DNA of 64,000 bases, from positions 1 through 64,000 of IMG/VR virus record IMGVR_UViG_3300049491_000716; one strand, 5' to 3'. Of this stretch, positions 39,198 to 49,634 are shown piece after piece; within the stretch, counting starts at the first letter, position 1; each line of letters opens with the position of its first letter. The notes under the pieces were generated by a model. That model made no database searches, was not told where the DNA came from, and saw only the letters and a program-made list of their open reading frames with translations. The stretch is from a virus. A program made the position numbers and the translations under genes.

Positions 39198-40487
39198 TTA
39201 CTGCAACGTAAAGTCGTCAACCATCAAGCCTGCAATACCAACGCCTGGGCCAAACTCTGGCTTTCCGATGCGCCACTTCAGCCCAGATCCAGATGGCAAT
39301 GTAATGCCAGTCATGTCATATGTTGCTGCTGTGTTGTTGCCAACCTGAAGACTCAGTGTGTTGCCGACCATCTTCACCTTGTAAACAGCAACATTGTTTG
39401 ATGGATTCATTCCGCTTGTTCTGCTCAAAACTTGTGACCGCGTTGTGCCATCGCTTATATAAAGCAAAATATTTCCAGCCGACTCAAACAAGGCAAAAAC
39501 AGTTCCAGAAGCAGATGCTGATGAATCTTGAGCCGACAGGATATAGCCAGATGGATTGACTGTTGCGCATTTGAATGAGCAAATCATTTCAAAGTCACCG
39601 TGACCTGGCAGGCCATTTGTTGATTGAACGTAGTTGGCCTCGATGTAATCGCTGTCTGCTGTAAGAAGCAATGAACTTGATCCAGATATCGGACTGCCTG
39701 TAGTCAGCGCAGCGCCTCCAGTACCTGACCAAGATGACCCACCGGATCCGTTATCGGTATACGTTGTTGAGCCATTAGAGCCTTCAAAGTACATCTTGAT
39801 TTTGTAAGAATCAAGCGGAAGTCCGGTGAACGAAAGCGAGCCTGATCCAGGAAAGGCAAACATCCCAGTGCTTCGGAATGCCGTTGGCGTCAACGTGCTG
39901 AGCGCCATGGACCCAACGCTTGGCGCCACGTATACCGCGAACGACAACTGCACAAGCGCCGCCGAGAACGAAAGCGACCCGACTGCCGCGATGCTTTGAA
40001 GGGCGACGCTGATCTCAAGAGCCAGCGGTTGCGGCGCCGAGAGTGCCGCCGTGCCAAGCAGAGGCACCGAGATAGACATGGCCAGCGCCGACGACACCGG
40101 CGCTACGCTGCTGCCCTCTCCGAACAGGATGATGACGCCAGTCACGCGCCAGCGATTGCTGGTCAGCGGTGTCGCCTTGAACGGAGCCGCCCACTTGGCC
40201 TTCCACCACAGCAGGCCGCGCGAGTCTTGGTCCTTCACGCGGATGCTGAAGTAGTTGGAGCCGACGTCCAGCGCGTTGTGAAACCAGTCTTCGAAGACCG
40301 CCATCTCGGCGGCGTCAAGCGACCAGTTCACGGGGATCTGACGGTCGGGCACCGTGTAGCGGCGGCGCATGCGGCCGTGGCCGGTAGCCGGCTTGACGGC
40401 GGCGAACACCGACGACTCTTCAATGGCATGGCCCTCACCCAGCAGGATGGGGATGCCGTCGGGAACGGTGATGCCTGGAAGTGCCAT
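39198..40487 (-). CDS. Distal-tail-like protein with LamG-like C-terminal domain
   Basis: GHGRMRRRYT, FEDWFHNAL..G..YF; FEGSNGSTTYTD. Confidence 0.75.
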   Translation of the reverse strand: MALPGITVPDGIPILLGEGHAIEESSVFAAVKPATGHGRMRRRYTVPDRQIPVNWSLDAAEMAVFEDWFHNALDVGSNYFSIRVKDQDSRGLLWWKAKWAAPFKATPLTSNRWRVTGVIILFGEGSSVAPVSSALAMSISVPLLGTAALSAPQPLALEISVALQSIAAVGSLSFSAALVQLSFAVYVAPSVGSMALSTLTPTAFRSTGMFAFPGSGSLSFTGLPLDSYKIKMYFEGSNGSTTYTDNGSGGSSWSGTGGAALTTGSPISGSSSLLLTADSDYIEANYVQSTNGLPGHGDFEMICSFKCATVNPSGYILSAQDSSASASGTVFALFESAGNILLYISDGTTRSQVLSRTSGMNPSNNVAVYKVKMVGNTLSLQVGNNTAATYDMTGITLPSGSGLKWRIGKPEFGPGVGIAGLMVDDFTLQ

Positions 40488-40489
40488 GT

Positions 40490-43400
40490 TCAGGTGCGAC
40501 GCGGAATGTTGCCGCCTGTGGGGATGCCGATCGCCTTCATGGCGACGCCGGCTGGGCCCGTGCGGCTTGCGATGTCGGCAGCCACGGCGTGCCGCGACTG
40601 CTCAACGGCTTGACGGATGATCAGGCGAACCTGCTCGCGGCCATCGGGGCCAGTCTCCTGCGTCTTCTGAATGTCGGCGCCGTGGTTCTCGATGACGATG
40701 TTGGTGCCGCCGCCAGCCGCGCGGCCGCTGACCTGGGGAGTCTTGGCCGGTGAGGTTTCGGCCGATGGTGGATCCGCGTAGAACGACCCGCCGGTAGCAA
40801 AGGCGCGCACACCCGCCGTGCCGCTTGCAAATGCCCCGCCTTTGGCGAATGCCTGCACACCAAGAGAACCACCGGGGCCGCGGGTCAACGCAAGCACGGG
40901 GCCCGGCCGACCATTGGCGCGATAGGACTGAACGCCCTGCACGCCGCCGCCACGCTTGAGCGGCACCACGGCTTCCGGACCGGCTTCGCCCATCAGGCCG
41001 AGGCGCGACTTGCCGCCATCTTTGAAACGGAAGTAAGTCGGCTGCGAAACCACGCGGTTCGTGAACTGGCCGCCCGCCGCGAACTTCTGGGCGCGCGGCT
41101 CGGCGTCGCGCTCAAAGGCGCCTCCCTTGGCAAACGGGAAGATGCCGTCGGCGGCGAAGCGGTTTCCTTCGGCGAAGGCCATGACAGAGCCACCGGAGAA
41201 TGCATCGCCCTTGGCTTTCGCAAACACACTGACCGCGCTTCCGCCTGCCGCTTTAGCCGCGGCCGCCGTGACCGCAGATGCGAACAACTCAACGGCTGCC
41301 AGCGCGTTGATGATGCCGTCACCAAAACCCGAGATGAAGATTGCCGAGGCAGCCGACTCCGAGCCGATCGCGTTGACGCCGAGTGATGCCGTCGTGGCTT
41401 CGCTGGTCAGCGCGCTGATCACGGGCGCCGCGGCGCTCGCCGCCGTGCCGACTGACGTCAGGCCGGTGGATGCCGTCGTGGCAGCAGTTGCGGCGGCCGC
41501 ATCTGCGGAGGCTCCGCTGACGGAAGACGCGGCGCCGACCAAGCCCGTGTCCTTGGCTGCCGAGAACCCGGCGCCAGTGGCGTTGATGCCGGCGTCGTTC
41601 TTCGGGTTGCCGCGGCTGCCGAACTTCAGGAACTCTGCGAAGCCGCTGCCGCCGTCAATGAAGGTGCGGATCTGGCCTTGAATGGCGGTCTCAAGCGGCT
41701 TTTCGTAGAACTCTTTGACGAGGATCTGGACGGCCTTGTCCTTGATGGACTCCAGCAGATCCTTGAAGCTCTTGGCATGCAGGGCGGCATCGCTGAAGAT
41801 CTGAGCGAGCCCGGTTCCGAGGTCTTCGCCGGCGCCACGCAGGCGCGTGATGTACGGGTTGACGGAGTCCAAGGCCTGCGCGTACTTCAGGGAGGCATCT
41901 GCGGCTTCCCCGATGATCTTCGGGTTGTAGGCGCGTCCCGCGGCATCGGCGGCGTCACGTTCGCGCTGGGCCAGTTTCTCGGTCTCGTCCGCATAAACCT
42001 TGAGTTGGTCGACAAGCGTTCCGCGGATCGCGAAGACTTGCTTTTCTTGCGCCTCCAGCGACAAACCGTCCTGAGTGGCGCGCAGCAGGAAGGCAGTCTC
42101 GGCGCGAGCCGCATCGAAGGCAGCGATGCCAACCTTGCGTTGTGCTTCGGCCAGATCGTTGGTGATGGCCAGGGCTGTTTGCAGACCCGACACGTCAACC
42201 GGTGGCGCCGACTCGAAGCGGCGCACGCCGCCCGGCGTCTTGATGTCGGGACGCGCCTGATTCGCGAGTTGGCGCGCCGCCGCGACTTGCTGCTGGGCAC
42301 GCAGGTCGGCGGCCGTCTTCTCGTCGCCCACGAGTTGCGCCAGGCTGGCGCGGTAGTCGTTGACCTGTTGACCGAGAGCCTTGAAGGCGGCGACCTGTTC
42401 AAGGTTCGACAGCGTGATGTCGTTGGCCGCCTTGATCTGGATGGCCGCGCTCTTGTCGGCGCTGGCGTTGATCTCGGTCTGAGTCTTCTCTTTGTCGGAG
42501 CCCGACGTCGTCTTGAGGTCGCGGTACTCAGCGAGTTTCTTGCGTTCGGCGGCAAGCGTCGCTAGTTCGTCGGCCACACCCTTGGCGGTGTTGGCGTTGC
42601 GCTCTGCGTAGAAGTCGATCAGAGACTTGCCGCCAGCCGCGTAGATAGCCTGCAACTCTTGGTTGTGGAACTGCACGGCCACACGTTCGGCGGCGAGTTC
42701 GTCTTCGAGCGCCTTCAGTGCGCTGGCGAGGCGGGCCTTGCGCAGGCGCTCGGCTTCGCTTTCACTTTTGCTGACGGCGCCTGTGTCGGTAAAGTCCTTC
42801 TTGAGTTGAGCGAGCGCTGCCTTCTGATCAGTTTCGCTGACGGGGTCACCTAGAGATGCGCTCTTGCGGAAGTCTTCTTGAATTTTATTCAGCGCCTTCT
42901 GGTATTCAGCGCCAGACTTCGCTTTGACCAAGAGACCCTTGAGACGCTCTTGGAATGCTGCGACATCCTTGGTGTCAGATGCACGCTCGGCATCCGCGAA
43001 AGCGTTGTCGTCTTGGCGCAGTTTCTTGCGCGACAAGGACAGCACGTCGGCTGCAGCCTTTGCTTTTGCAGCCTCTGTGCCTTGTCTCAGGTTCGCCGCA
43101 TCGCCAGTGTTTTCGGGTGCGATCGGGCCGTTGGCTGGTGCCTCGGTGACGATCTTGGTTTTGGCGAGTGTGGCCTGCAAAGCAATGGCACGCTTCAGGT
43201 TCTCTTCGACTGTCTGCGCGCGGCCGGTGCCAGTCGCGGCATCCCAAAACTTGTCCCAGAGGTTCGCGGTTCCACGCAGCAGTTTGTCAAGGCCCGTGAG
43301 GTTATCCTCCAACCCACGGAAGCGCAAATTCAGGGCGTCATAGACGATGCCCTGCGCCTCGGCGGCGCGCCCCTGCTCTTGAAGAGTGCGGATCTGGCGG

Positions 43401-46174
43401 AACTGCGCGACGCTCAGGAAGTTGAGCGAGCGGTTGTGCTCCGTCGCCCATGCTACGACATCGCGCGACATGCTGGCGAAGTCGCCCGCCACTTCTTGCG
43501 CCGTCTTGCCGGTTGCCGCACCGTAGCGCGCCGCGGCTTCCGTAGCTGAGCCAAGAACACGCGGGCCAACTTCGCCGGTGCTGATAAGTGCTTGGCCGAA
43601 CTTGCGGGCCGTGCTGGCGCTAATCTCGCCAGTCGCCGCAACGCTCTTGGCGAGTGCGTTGAACTGGCCTTCCGTGACACCAGCGTAGCCGCCGGTGAGC
43701 ACCAAGCTGTCTGCAAAGGCTTTGCTCTGCTTGCTGCCTTCATAAAAGGCAAAGGCTGTAGCAGTAGCCGCAGCAGCAACACCACCAAGCGCAAGGCGAA
43801 GCGGCGTTACAAAGCTCAGCAAGCCTTTGAAGAATGCCCCGACACCGCCGCCTTGTGCGCCCGGCCCGGTGAAGGCGTCAATGACCTGCCCACCCTGTTG
43901 CAGCAGGATGGTGAGCGGAGAGATGCCGCTGGCCGCGGACGCCGCGATGTCGCCGATCGTGTACTGCAGGGTCAGCAGTTGATTGCGTGACGCGAAGGCC
44001 GACTTGCCGAGTTGGCCGGTGCGCGCATCGAAGGCGGCGATCTTGGCGATCGCGGCTTCGGCTTCCTTGCTGAGGCCACGTTCGGCGGCTTGCAGTTGAA
44101 GGATTTCAACGCGGGTCTTGCCGGCGGCGACGGCTTCGCGCTCAAGTTGCGCCAAGAAGGCCGTGTTGCCGCTGGTGACGGCGTCCTGTCTGGCCTTCGC
44201 TGCCGCCAACTCTTGATTGGCCGTCGTCAGACGTTGCAGTTCAGCGATGGCAGCGGCCGTCTCTGTCGTCAGCCCCTTCTCGGCGGCACGCAGCGCCAGC
44301 ACTTCGGTTGCCGTCTTGCCGAATTCCTCGGACAGCCGACGCTGCGTCAGGATCTGCGCTTCGATGCTGGCGACGAACTCGGTGTTGCCGGTTGCCTTGA
44401 TTTCGGCAGCAGCGACACCGGCATTCACGCCGGCGCGGGCGGCGCGCAGCGTCAGCAGTTCCTCGCGGGTCTTGCCAATCTCTTCGCGTTCACGGACCAG
44501 GTCGCGGATGAACTGATCGGCCGGCGTGGTCGGTGCCTGCACGCCTCCGAGTGATGCGTTGGCCTCCTTCAGCGCCTTGAGTTGCGCAATGGCCGGCGCC
44601 AGCGACTCGCCGAGCCCGCGCTGCGCGGCTTCGAGTTGCAGGATCTCGATTTCGGTCTTGCCGAACTCGGCGGCGAGTTTCTGCTGGGCGGCAATCTCGG
44701 CCTGCACGCGAGCCACGAAGCCATCGGAAGCCGCCTTGGCTTCGTCGGCGCGACGTGCGGCTGCCGCCACGTCTTCGTAGGCTTTCTGTTCGCGTTGCAG
44801 CGCCGCAATGGCCGCCGCGTTCTCGGCGCCGGTGCCCTGTTGGGCGGCGCGAAGTTGCAGGATCTCGGCGGCTGTCTTGCCGAACTCTTCGCGGAGTGCG
44901 CGGACCTTCAGAGTCTGCGCAGCAATGTCCGCCGTGAGTTCGGCCTTGCCGAGCCCGGTGATCAGTGGCTCGGCTTGTTGCGAGCGACCGACGGCAGCGG
45001 CTTCGAGACGCAGTTTCTCTTCGCGCGTCTTGCCGATGGCGAAGACCTGCGCGTTCAGGTTCTGGATGAAGCGGTTGCCGGCCTCGATCTCGGCATCGTT
45101 CTGCGTGGCTTGGCGAGCCGTGTCGCCGAGCTTCACGTAGCCGGTAGTCAGGACTTCGATGCGTGCCTGCATCGCCTGGAATGCGTTGGCGCGCAGCCGC
45201 GTGCCTTCCACAACCGCGGCGGCGGCGGCCTTCTCTTCGGCGATCTGCTTTTGTTGGCTGACGAAGGCCGGTTGCTGCTCGACCAACTTCGTCTTGGCCT
45301 GCAGGAACTCGGGGCCCGTCAACTTGTCTTTGGCGAGCAGCGCCTCGAGGTCTTTGAGTTGCTGGCGGTACGAGGCCGAGATTCCGTTGTTGGCGTCGAT
45401 GACCTTTTGGGCGGCGGCGACTTCAGCTTGGCGCTGCTGGACAACTGGCTGTGCACTGACTAGCTTGGCGCCCTCTTCGCGGAACTTGGCCGGCGTGATG
45501 TCTCCGGCATCCCGCAGAGCGCGCAGCGATTGCAACTGCGTGCGGTAACTGGCGCTCAACCCATTCTGGGCATCGGTGAGTTTCTGGATCGCCGCAGCGC
45601 GCCTGATGGCACCTTGCTCGGCAACCGAGGAAATTTCAAGTTCTGCGGCCTTCTGATCGCGTGCCGCACGGAAGCCCGTAATGGCGTCGTCGCGCTGCTG
45701 GCGCGCGTTCGCCAAATCGGCCTTGAGTTTGTCGCTTGTGATAGCGCCAGATGTGCCTTGTTCGCGAATGGCATCGCGCTTCTGGCGATACAGCGCGTTG
45801 ATCTCGAGCAGGCCCTGGCGCTCCTGCGCATTCAGGGCGGCCAGTTGCTGTTCGTAGGACTGCGCTGCAACGCTCGCCGCCGTGTAGCCCTCGGCGGCGG
45901 CCTTGCTTGCGCGTGCCGTGCCTTCCTGTTCGCTGAGCTTCGCCAGTTTCTCGCTGGTGTCGATCAGGCCGGCCTGCGCGGCCTGCACGGCCAAGGCTTC
46001 GGTGGACGTGCGCTTGAACTGATCCTGCTGCTTCTGAAACGCCGCCTCAACGGCGCGAGCCGCCCGCGACATCTTCTCGCTGTCGCGAGTGATGATTTGG
46101 GCTGCCTTGCCGCTGTCGCCCTCGAATTTCGCGAGCGCAAGTGTCAGGTCAACTGAAAGACTGGCCAAGGCCAT
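40490..46174 (-). CDS. Tail tape measure protein (1894 aa)
   Basis: Ala-rich; LLQQGGQ; GLMGEAGPEAVVPL. Confidence 0.95.
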   Translation of the reverse strand: MALASLSVDLTLALAKFEGDSGKAAQIITRDSEKMSRAARAVEAAFQKQQDQFKRTSTEALAVQAAQAGLIDTSEKLAKLSEQEGTARASKAAAEGYTAASVAAQSYEQQLAALNAQERQGLLEINALYRQKRDAIREQGTSGAITSDKLKADLANARQQRDDAITGFRAARDQKAAELEISSVAEQGAIRRAAAIQKLTDAQNGLSASYRTQLQSLRALRDAGDITPAKFREEGAKLVSAQPVVQQRQAEVAAAQKVIDANNGISASYRQQLKDLEALLAKDKLTGPEFLQAKTKLVEQQPAFVSQQKQIAEEKAAAAAVVEGTRLRANAFQAMQARIEVLTTGYVKLGDTARQATQNDAEIEAGNRFIQNLNAQVFAIGKTREEKLRLEAAAVGRSQQAEPLITGLGKAELTADIAAQTLKVRALREEFGKTAAEILQLRAAQQGTGAENAAAIAALQREQKAYEDVAAAARRADEAKAASDGFVARVQAEIAAQQKLAAEFGKTEIEILQLEAAQRGLGESLAPAIAQLKALKEANASLGGVQAPTTPADQFIRDLVREREEIGKTREELLTLRAARAGVNAGVAAAEIKATGNTEFVASIEAQILTQRRLSEEFGKTATEVLALRAAEKGLTTETAAAIAELQRLTTANQELAAAKARQDAVTSGNTAFLAQLEREAVAAGKTRVEILQLQAAERGLSKEAEAAIAKIAAFDARTGQLGKSAFASRNQLLTLQYTIGDIAASAASGISPLTILLQQGGQVIDAFTGPGAQGGGVGAFFKGLLSFVTPLRLALGGVAAAATATAFAFYEGSKQSKAFADSLVLTGGYAGVTEGQFNALAKSVAATGEISASTARKFGQALISTGEVGPRVLGSATEAAARYGAATGKTAQEVAGDFASMSRDVVAWATEHNRSLNFLSVAQFRQIRTLQEQGRAAEAQGIVYDALNLRFRGLEDNLTGLDKLLRGTANLWDKFWDAATGTGRAQTVEENLKRAIALQATLAKTKIVTEAPANGPIAPENTGDAANLRQGTEAAKAKAAADVLSLSRKKLRQDDNAFADAERASDTKDVAAFQERLKGLLVKAKSGAEYQKALNKIQEDFRKSASLGDPVSETDQKAALAQLKKDFTDTGAVSKSESEAERLRKARLASALKALEDELAAERVAVQFHNQELQAIYAAGGKSLIDFYAERNANTAKGVADELATLAAERKKLAEYRDLKTTSGSDKEKTQTEINASADKSAAIQIKAANDITLSNLEQVAAFKALGQQVNDYRASLAQLVGDEKTAADLRAQQQVAAARQLANQARPDIKTPGGVRRFESAPPVDVSGLQTALAITNDLAEAQRKVGIAAFDAARAETAFLLRATQDGLSLEAQEKQVFAIRGTLVDQLKVYADETEKLAQRERDAADAAGRAYNPKIIGEAADASLKYAQALDSVNPYITRLRGAGEDLGTGLAQIFSDAALHAKSFKDLLESIKDKAVQILVKEFYEKPLETAIQGQIRTFIDGGSGFAEFLKFGSRGNPKNDAGINATGAGFSAAKDTGLVGAASSVSGASADAAAATAATTASTGLTSVGTAASAAAPVISALTSEATTASLGVNAIGSESAASAIFISGFGDGIINALAAVELFASAVTAAAAKAAGGSAVSVFAKAKGDAFSGGSVMAFAEGNRFAADGIFPFAKGGAFERDAEPRAQKFAAGGQFTNRVVSQPTYFRFKDGGKSRLGLMGEAGPEAVVPLKRGGGVQGVQSYRANGRPGPVLALTRGPGGSLGVQAFAKGGAFASGTAGVRAFATGGSFYADPPSAETSPAKTPQVSGRAAGGGTNIVIENHGADIQKTQETGPDGREQVRLIIRQAVEQSRHAVAADIASRTGPAGVAMKAIGIPTGGNIPRRT

Positions 46175-46189
46175 GGTTAGACCCTCACT

Positions 46190-46827
46190 TCAATTGATTG
46201 GCAGCGAATCTTCATCTGGTGTCCTGTGCGTCTTGATCGTGATCAGGCGATCCGTGAGGCCGTCAATGTCTTCAACGCCGTATTTGGCCGCCATCAACTC
46301 AATGCCAGACCAGTCAACGCCGCCCATCCCATTGCTCAGTGCATTGAAGATGAGCAGGCTAACGTCGTCGTCGTGCGTGAACTCGGGACCGACTCCCTCA
46401 AACCTAGCGCCCGGCTGAGCCGCAAGACGAGCTTGCAGCGTCAACCGGGCGGTCAGTTTTTTGCAGCCTTGTCGCGCTCCGTGATGTGGTCCACCACCGA
46501 ATCCAAGATGGCTTGGCCAACCTTCTGCTGCCAATCGAATCGGTCACCGACGACCTCAGCCCAAAGGGCCGGGTCGAAGGGTTCTTCATCGCTGCTGCCA
46601 ATGGCGGAGCCGATCATGTCGGCCTCGGTGATACCTTTCCACCCGGTCACGTACTTGCGCACGTGTTCCAAGGTGATGTTCCACACGCCCTTGCCGTCCG
46701 TGAAGGACAGCAGGGATGGGAAGTCGGCCTCGAGCGGCCGTTCGAATTGAACGGTCTTGCCCTCGGCGACTTCCACGCTCTTTTCGCGGCGAGCCTTGAG
46801 CTTCGCCAGCAACTCCTTCGCGGCCAT
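46190..46827 (-). CDS. Tail assembly chaperone G (46453-46827) and -1 frameshift product GT
   Basis: A AAA AAC at 46462-46456 just before TGA; -1 frame open to 46190. Confidence 0.88.
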
Positions 46828-46830
46828 GGT

Positions 46831-47496
46831 TTAGGCCGTTTCGCCAAGGTACAGGATCTGGCCGCGGATCGTCACCGACAACTGGCCGGTGCCCGTGGCG
46901 CCCTGCTGCACCGACTCGCCCGGGATGGACGGTTGGCCGCGGAACAGACGCTGTGCGCCGCCCGGCATCGTGATGCGGAACACCATGAAGCCGAGGTTGC
47001 GCGCCACCGAGCGGATCTTGGCGAGCGCCTGGTTGTCGACCTTCAGCGAGCGGATGTCGATCGTCACCGTCTCGGCCGCGTTCTTGATGGTCAGCAGCTT
47101 TTCACGGGTGTCGATCAGCGTGCCCACGTCTTCGGTCTTGCCGGCGCCGCCGCCCAGTTGGTACTGGGTGGATTGCGACAGCGTGGACCAGGCCGTGACG
47201 GGCACGAAGCTGCCGGCGGTGAAAGCCGGGAACGACGTGGTGTCCAAGTCTTCCAGACCGAAGTTGTCGGCGGACGGCGAGCCAGCCGAACCCACGCGGG
47301 CGGCTTGGCCGTCCAGCGGGTCCATGCCGGTCACGTCGGTGAAGTAGCCAGCGCTGCCGACCGCCAGACCGTGAGCGGCTTTCGACGCCACGGCGGGAGA
47401 AGCCAAGCTCACAGCAGAGATCGTGACGGCCGCACCTTCGGTGTAGCCGATTTCGACCTTGACGCCGCTGCCCAGGATGATTTCGTTCGATGCCAT
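46831..47496 (-). CDS. Major tail tube protein
   Basis: Position; ITMPGG..F.G.PS; small insertion domain. Confidence 0.85.
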   Translation of the reverse strand: MASNEIILGSGVKVEIGYTEGAAVTISAVSLASPAVASKAAHGLAVGSAGYFTDVTGMDPLDGQAARVGSAGSPSADNFGLEDLDTTSFPAFTAGSFVPVTAWSTLSQSTQYQLGGGAGKTEDVGTLIDTREKLLTIKNAAETVTIDIRSLKVDNQALAKIRSVARNLGFMVFRITMPGGAQRLFRGQPSIPGESVQQGATGTGQLSVTIRGQILYLGETA

Positions 47497-47601
47497 TTCA
47501 ATGACCTTTCAGGGGGGAGAAACCCGGAATCCCGGGCGGGGTTGGGGGAAACAGAATGGCTCGCCAGAGACGGGCCGGTGAGGTGGTTGATCGGAGTGCA
47601 G

Positions 47602-47630
47602 AAACAAAAAAGGCCACCCGAAGGCAGCCT
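47602..47630 (-). terminator. Intrinsic terminator upstream of tail tube gene
   Basis: AGGCTGCC-TTCG-GGTGGCCT-TTTTTGTTT. Confidence 0.75.
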
Positions 47631-47823
47631 GTGAAGATGTGCTGGTTACGACTCCAGCGGCATGTCGCCCGGGTTGTTGCGCTTGCCAGTGCGCTTGTCT
47701 AGGCAGTAGGTGGTGACGTGTGGGCTGGGAGTTGCGCTTCCGGTACGCGCGGCGCCCGAGTTGCCGGTCTTGCAGTTCGTTGAGACCCCCGTCGCCGCAA
47801 GTCGCTTCGGGTGAATTTGGTGA

Positions 47824-48198
47824 TCAGATGACCTCGGGTGTGATCCAGGTCGGCACGAACACGTCGGCGCAGCGCACGTCAACTGTCGGGTCCATGCCGT
47901 CAGGGCCGTTGGCGTCCGGAATCAGGCCGGCGGCGATCAGCGCCGTCACGACCTCTTCTTCCAACTGGTTCGCCTGTTCGCGAGTCTCGCCCCAGCACTC
48001 AAGGTGATAGGTCTGCTTCTTGGCCATCAGCGTGTTGTCAAGGCCGAAGATGCGCTCAACCGCCACACTGTGGCCGACGATGAAGGGGTAGGCGTCGGTG
48101 TCGATAGCGGCATCCACGCGGATCTTCTCGCCGGCCGACGTGGGTGTAGGGCTGCCCGTGGTCAGGGCCGCCACGACTTGTTCCCAACCGGTTGCCAT
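47824..48198 (-). CDS. Tail terminator-like protein
   Basis: YPFIV, ECWGETREQA; position. Confidence 0.7.
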   Translation of the reverse strand: MATGWEQVVAALTTGSPTPTSAGEKIRVDAAIDTDAYPFIVGHSVAVERIFGLDNTLMAKKQTYHLECWGETREQANQLEEEVVTALIAAGLIPDANGPDGMDPTVDVRCADVFVPTWITPEVI

Positions 48199-48199
48199 G

Positions 48200-48691
48200 T
48201 CAGAAGAGTTTCAGTTGGTTCATGGACTGGATGTCGACGCCGAGCGAGTTCTTGATCTCGGTGAGGGCTTGGCCTTCAAGCTGTGCGGCACCAACCAGAA
48301 GGAACGGGCGCGGCGTGTTGTTGCGCTTGGTCTTAAAGTGAATCCAGCGCCAGTAGTAGTTATCGTTCGGGTTGTTCTTGCCGCGATCGGCGCCGCGCGC
48401 CGGCGCCACGTTCACGAACACGCCGACGTCGCCGGTCTTCGCCGTGTCCTTGCTGGTCCGCGTCTTGATGGCGTCACGCACCGCGCCTGGCTTGCGGATC
48501 AGCACGCCGCGGCGATAGATCGGATTGCCGAGCACGGGCACGACACCCGGCGACGCCGCCACCTTGCGCACGACCTCGGCGCCCTTCAGCAGCGCCTTGC
48601 GGGCGAAGCGGCGGCGAATGGTCGGCGTCATCTCGGCGAGACGCGCATTCAGGCGCTCAATGCCTTCAATGCTCAGTTGAAAGATGCTCAT
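48200..48691 (-). CDS. HK97 gp10-like tail completion protein
   Basis: IEGIERL, YYWRWIHFKT, RPFL. Confidence 0.85.
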   Translation of the reverse strand: MSIFQLSIEGIERLNARLAEMTPTIRRRFARKALLKGAEVVRKVAASPGVVPVLGNPIYRRGVLIRKPGAVRDAIKTRTSKDTAKTGDVGVFVNVAPARGADRGKNNPNDNYYWRWIHFKTKRNNTPRPFLLVGAAQLEGQALTEIKNSLGVDIQSMNQLKLF

Positions 48692-49032
48692 GTCAGCCGT
48701 CCGTCGCCGATGCCGGCGTTGCACATCAAGTCCACCCACTCGTTCGCTGCCTGAACCGGGTTCACGGCGGCGATGTCGTAGGGCTGGTCGCGCCACAGCA
48801 GGCGCATCTTCGTCGTCACATCGGTGCGGTGGCGGATGCGGAACACGATCGTGCTCTGCGCCTGCTCTTGGCCGGCGGCGAAGAACTCCTTGCCGCGCGG
48901 CGTGTAGACCTTGGCCCAGATGCCGGCCGGCGTGTACATGATCCAGGCCTTCGACTGCTCGCGCAGGGCACCCAGCGTAGGGTCGCGGCGCTGCAGGTAG
49001 ATGCGCTGGTTCAGGTCACCGGCGACTGTCAC
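48688..49032 (-). CDS. Head closure protein (SPP1 gp16-like)
   Basis: AGDLNQRI, WAKV, FRIRHR, YDI. Confidence 0.9.
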   Translation of the reverse strand: MTVAGDLNQRIYLQRRDPTLGALREQSKAWIMYTPAGIWAKVYTPRGKEFFAAGQEQAQSTIVFRIRHRTDVTTKMRLLWRDQPYDIAAVNPVQAANEWVDLMCNAGIGDGRLT

Positions 49033-49634
49033 GCGAAACCTCGGCGGATCTTCACGGTGTCCAAGAAACAGGTGGCGCCCATCGGAATGGTGGTCAACGC
49101 GGCCTGACTTGAAGCCTCGCGATTCTTGTACAGGTGGCCGATCGTCAGCAGCAGCGCCACCTTGATGGACCGCGGCATCGGGTTGTCTTGCGGACTCTCG
49201 CCGGGCGCCGAGTAGCCGACGGCATAGAACACGCGGATGCCGTTGGTCTGCGTGCCGACGTCATCCGGCCACGTGGCATCCGGCGCCAGGATCACGCGCG
49301 CCGGCGTGCTGAAGGTGTCGAGTTGGTAGTCGGCGGCCGGCACCACGAGTTCAAGGCCGTCCTTGTCCAGGTAGGTGATGTAGGCAATGCCGATCACCGG
49401 GCCGTAGGGGAAGGTGATCTCGGCAGGGAAGGCGGTCAGCGCCATCTCGAGCGTGCGGCCGCCGAGCGCGAGCCCGGTGTACTGCTCTGCCCACTCTCGG
49501 GCGGCTGAGATGAACAGCTCCAGTAGCAAGTCGTCGGGGTGCGACGGCGGGCTGCCGAAGGCGTCGATCTTGCACTGCAGCCGCGCTTCTTCGAGCGATA
49601 CAGGCTCGTAAGTCGGGGCGGGCAGATTGCTCAC
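49029..49634 (-). CDS. Head-tail connector (gp6-like)
   Basis: EPVSLEEAR, AAREWAEQYTG, GHLYKNRE. Confidence 0.92.
   Translation of the reverse strand: MSNLPAPTYEPVSLEEARLQCKIDAFGSPPSHPDDLLLELFISAAREWAEQYTGLALGGRTLEMALTAFPAEITFPYGPVIGIAYITYLDKDGLELVVPAADYQLDTFSTPARVILAPDATWPDDVGTQTNGIRVFYAVGYSAPGESPQDNPMPRSIKVALLLTIGHLYKNREASSQAALTTIPMGATCFLDTVKIRRGFA

Noticed and set aside
46825-46833. Tail tube TAA in frame with the chaperone ATG (possible suppressor target)
   Set aside because: One-in-three chance spacing; other late TAA stops checked are not in frame with the next gene
47646-47882. 78-aa ORF between tail terminator and tail tube genes
   Set aside because: Overlaps the upstream gene, no clear RBS or motif
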